Shown here: piece after piece, positions 58,951 through 64,000 of the stretch
Position numbering within the stretch: the stretch's first letter is position 1
Layout: each line of letters starts with the position of its first letter
Assembly (NCBI RefSeq): GCF_004010195.1
Contig: NC_057760.1
Coordinates: forward strand, 50,871-114,870
DNA length: 64,000 nt
Direction: 5' to 3'
Origin: Chiloscyllium plagiosum
Taxonomy: Eukaryota
The notes under the pieces: model-generated
The model's database searches: none
What the model was told of the DNA's origin: nothing
The model's input: the letters and a program-made list of their open reading frames with translations, nothing else
Position numbers and translations under genes: made by a program

Positions 58951-61900
58951 TAAATCTGGCTGGATGGCTTCCTGCTGCATCATAATCTTCCTGTGAATTA
59001 AAGACTCTTCTTTTCAGTCCAGCCTGTACAATAAACTGGAAAAGCGTATAAGGCATTTTGCAGAAACGGGGGCAGCTGAATAGCAGGTCATCTTGCTCAA
59101 GGGTTTAAGAAATGCCATTTCCTTGATTTTAGTTAGCCCCACAGAAGTCTGAATTAGAAATTAAAATTGAAATTTATCTAGAGAGAACGAGAGAGAGAGC
59201 AAGACAGAAGATACTGATTTGCCTCAGAATTGAAGATGGAAAACTGTTGAGCCAGGGACAGTACAACAGTGACCTCTGTGACTGCTAGGAGAGCAGGAAC
59301 AATTCAATAGCAAAATTCTTGAAGGTGTAAAGGCAATATTTGGGCAATAATGAACCAAACAAACAAATATAGGATGGCTGCAGGGACAGTTAGGTTACAG
59401 CAGAATCTTGGGGGGGGGGGGGGGGGGGGGGAAGGCTGGTATAAGGGTTTGGAGGGTTGGTGTTGACTTGATGGGCCAAATGGCCTGCTTCTATTCTGTA
59501 GGGATTCTATGACCCGTGGTTTTGGTGCAATTCTCTTCAATGATGTCTGAAAGAGAGAGGTACCTGTAAGTATTCCCCACTCACAATGCAGTCTACTGTA
59601 ATCTGGACAAATCCAATGCAGAATGGCTTTATACATGTTCCAGTCAGAAACTGTTCATATTGTTTTCCTGACAAGTAGATCATTGCACAGTAAATCAGGA
59701 ACAGGAAGAACTTGTTGAATCACTGAAGCCAACCCACTGATCATGGTCAAGGTCACCAAAACCAGGGATCAAATGAAATCATCACAATAAGCGGGATGGT
59801 CACAGGAAGGACTTCTGGCAGATCTTCTCGCCAATGACTTATTCAAGTAACCACTTGGTGATATGGTTTACCTGATTTCCCTCCTTGTTGCTAATTTCAG
59901 CATTTTAAATTTATTTCCCGGTCTGTACTTTTAACTACAATGACTCAGTAACTGAATCAACTTCTGTAATAACTTAAAATTTCTGTTGGATGATCTTCAA
60001 GTCTGCTGCTTTCTCAAAGAATAAGCTGCAGAATTGTTTATGGAATTTTTAAAAAAAAATTTGCTCTGTATTGTACTACACAGATCTCTAGCTATGCTGT
60101 GGGATCAGTTCCCAACCCAGACCTTTAGGTTATATTTAAGACTCACTTCCCAGTGCTAGTACAGAGGGATACTGCATTGTTGGATATGCCATTTTTCAGA
60201 TAAATCAAATACCATCTGCTCTCTCAGGTGGATGTAAAAGATCCCACGTATGACCAGGAAGACTGACATACTCAGTCGTGACCTGGAGCTAATATTTTTC
60301 CCTCAAACCACCATAGATTATCATGTAATTTATTACAGCTTGCAGGTACTTGCTGTGAGAAAATTGGCTGTTTCCTACATTCAACATTTCAAAAGTACTT
60401 CGTTAACTGTCAAATGCTTTGGGACAAGCCTGTCATTCTTTCCTTGTGTAATTCTCATGAAGCTTTATTAGATATCTGTCTGCAAGGGCAGTATGGGACA
60501 GGAATGGAAAATTAGAGGAAGCAGCTCATTAAAAGCTTTGACACCAGCACAGGCAGATAGGGCTGAATGGCCGTTTTTTTTGTGCTGTATATTTTTAACA
60601 TACTTTATAATAAGTCACTTTTGCAACAGACGTCAAGACGATTCCCAATTCCCTGATCCTGGTAACATTTTTATAAAGTTCTTTAATGCAGAGTGTAGGT
60701 TTAAGTCATTGCAGGGACTTCATTGTTACAGTTACTTGGTTACCAAGGGGCTAATGAGCTATGACTTTGCACAAAGTGGAAGATTTTTAAAATACATGCA
60801 AATTAGGACAATTTCTTGTGACAAACAACTTACTGGGGAGAAATGCACCAGAGGAAAATAGTGAGGCTGACCAGACAAGGTGTACAGACAAGGAAGAAGG
60901 TGTACAGTAAATCAAACAGTAATCCCTTTATTTCCCCCAATGGTACAAAGTGAGTCACAAATTCTAATGCAGGAGAGTATTCTCAAGACACGTAAGAATC
61001 ATGCACTCTTGTTCAAATGGTTCTGGTTTATGTGATGCTGTGCAAACTGTGCGTCTGTTCTCTCTGACTGGAACACTAAATGATTCACTGCTTGATTTTC
61101 CTTTATCTCAATTTTCCCAACAGGATCAGTAGGCCACTAACCTCAGCATCATCAACTGGAGAATTTGTTGGGCTACCACAATTATCCTGCAGACTTTTAA
61201 CTCCTGTGTATCACAGAGAGATTCTCTGCACTGTACTGTATGAATTAAATAGAATATCAATTAACTTTCATTTTGTGACCTTCATTTCTTTTTGTCAACA
61301 TTTTGCAAGTCAAAACATGTAGGAAATGGAAGTGGTGCTTTACTTCTAAGACTTGTAGTGGTTTAAGAAGACAGCTCACTACCACCTTCTCAAGGGCAAC
61401 TAAGGATGAGCAATAAATGCTGGCCAGGCATCAGTGCTAAGGATGTGAGTCCTATGAGTGAATATTAAAAAAATCTGTTTTTTAAAAGACTAATCACTGG
61501 ACATAATCAAGAACAGGAACAACTTGTTCAATCACCGAAGCCAACCTACTGATTATGGTTGAGATCACCAAAACAGGAATCAAATGAAATCATCGCTATG
61601 ACTGAGAACCATACTTTAGTTTACCAAAAAATATGAATATTTCCCAATATGCTTGCAAGGTACTTTGAAAATTCATTTGATGCAAATTATTTGAAACCAG
61701 GACACTGTTCACTCTGGTGCTATACTGGAAATTATCCTGGAGCAGGGGAGATGGGGAAAAGAGAAAGGAGGCACTTCTATGTGTGGTGATTCCTCACAAA
61801 TTGAATTCTTACTGTTAGTCATGTCATTAGGAATGTGGCAATTCATTAAAGGAAGAAACCACATTAAAACATGTTATAATACTTGCATTTCACCAGTCCC

Positions 61901-62077
61901 TTACCACATATACACATCAACAAACTACTTTCAACTACATTTATCATGTACACAAATGTGGTAGATATTTTGCACTTTGCAAAGATCCCATGACTAAATA
62001 AACATTCTTCATCTCCACTACAGCAGGGTGGAACGTAGGCCCAGAACTACCTACTTTCCCTCAAAACAGTGTGATCT

Positions 62078-62395
62078 GGGCAGCATAATGGTTCAGTGGT
62101 TAGCACTGTTGTCTCACAGTGCCAGGGACCTGGGTTTGATTCCACCCCAGGTGACAGTGTGGAGTGTGCACGTTCTCTCCATGTCTGTGTGGGTTTCCTC
62201 TGGGTGCTCCAGTTTCCTCCCACAGTCCAAGTATGTGCAAGTTAGGACGGCTATGCTAAATTGCCCACGGTGTCCAGGGCTGTGCAGATTAGGTGGTTAG
62301 GTCATGGAAAATGCAGTTACAGGGATGGAGTGGGTTGCTCCTCAGAGGGTTGGTGTGTACTCGATGGCCTGCTTCCACAATGTGGAGATTTTATG
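62078..62395 (+). mobile_element. HE1/V-SINE (diverged)
   Basis: SINE head and core. Confidence 0.75.
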
Positions 62396-64000
62396 ACATC
62401 TTTCAGAGAGAAATTTCCGTAAAACCCCAAATAGTTCACCCATGCCCTTTAGGGAGGGAAATCTGCCATGATTATCCAGTCTAATCTACAAGTTACTTAA
62501 TTACCCATTGCCCTAACAATGAAGGCATTTAAGGACAGGCAACAAATGCAGCCTGTTTTAATGTCCACATCCCACTAAAGAATAAAGATGTAATTCTGAA
62601 GCACATGGTCAGAGTAGGAGCTAATGTTGGAAAATCCTGCTATATAATAACTCGCTGGTCTGTACTCAGACAGCTGACCTCCATAGTGAGGCAGCAAGGA
62701 CACGAGAACGGGATTCAGAAGTCTTCCAAGCTAGTAGGAGGACTCAAAATAAAATGAATCAGCCATTCTTGACCACCATCTCTTTACCAAGTTATTCAAA
62801 CAATGTGTCTTAACTTCAGAGGAAAGCAAGGTTCAGCTGAGCCCACATTTTCCTCCCGCTGCTGTCAAATTGGGTGGATGGCATGAATCTACATACTTAA
62901 CATTCAGGGCAATACAGCTGTAATATCTTAAAATTACCCCACATCTCATTGAGTAGATCATCAAGAACTAGTGTTTGCCAATAATGTAGAGTGCACCAAG
63001 ACTTAAGTTTGTGCCGGTGGAATAAAAGAGACACATGCTCAGGAAAGTAGATCCATCAAAAAGCTCATTCATTACAACAGACAAAGAGAACATAAGGCTT
63101 AAACAGAAAAAAAAATGATACTGCAAACAGGTCACTTACAGCTTCTAGCAAATGTCAATCAACTTGCTCTTAAAGTGTCCAAACACGTGCTTTAAAAAGT
63201 TTCCTATATGCTCAAGTCCAAGATCAGCCTAATCAATCTGTTGCATCATGAATCATTAACCAACATGCTTTCCAAAGCATAATATCAACACAATTCTTAA
63301 AAGGCAGCAGACAAAATTTGATTAAAACACTCTGTATGTCCTAAGCAATAACATACAAAGTTCTTCCCCTTTGCCAGTTCAGCCTAAAAACCATAAGAAA
63401 CCTTTGAAATCAACCCGAACATTACCAAACGAATATATATATATCTCTTTAAAAAGGTTATCACTTAGGATGATTTGGCCAGGGAATGCAAATACTACAC
63501 AGTTACAGGAATAGCCCAGCTATCCGTCAGTGGACATTCTGCAAAGAAAAAGGAATTGTTGCGTTTTGCTGTGTAAAACAGTCCAGCTGTCATCAGTATG
63601 CACGCATTCAAATAATTGCTCTTGTTGGTCAAGTGCTGAAGTTAGAAGTGCCTCCAATGTGACACCCCTTCCCATCATTTGGATACAGCGCAGTCAGACC
63701 GTTTAGTGGCTGTAACTTTCACCCTTTGTGTCCCACTGCTTGATGACAAGGAGGCTCTCACTGGTGACCGCTGTGGCATCCCTGCACTCGTAATTAATCT
63801 GCAAGTCTCCAGTTTGCCCCAAAGAAGCCACTCCTGTCCTCGATGTGACTGGTGAGGGAATATGTAATTGAAACCACGTGGTCCCAATGATCCAGTGACC
63901 GCCGCAAGTTCACATTCTACCCGAGGACAGCTGAGCATAAGATCACATTGATCTCTTGGTCAAATGCAAGGTGCACACAGGAAAGGTATCCACTTCAGTT

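Overview
This is eukaryotic vertebrate genomic DNA, most likely from a shark or other cartilaginous fish (inferred from abundant HE1/V-SINE-type SINEs, CR1-clade LINEs and Penelope-like elements). Most ORF-track entries are transposon debris or shadow ORFs. Two host genes on the + strand can be read from the sequence. (1) A spliced BCH/CRAL-TRIO-domain gene, best matching BNIPL, has 9 coding exons at 16627-43335 with GT-AG boundaries and consistent phases; its first exon was not located. (2) An 803-aa single-exon CDS at 49361-51772 lies behind a CpG-rich promoter. Its C-terminal Trp/Cys domain and position just downstream of BNIPL suggest it is the C1orf56/MENT orthologue. It is about twice as long as the mammalian protein, with a (TQSG-TQPA-TQHA)n array and a ~24-aa beta-strand-like repeat. 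Scattered Penelope-derived mini-elements, several fold-back and TSD-flanked, carry minimal hammerhead-ribozyme-like cores. Gene names rest on recalled protein motifs and synteny, not on a database search, and transposon boundaries are approximate.
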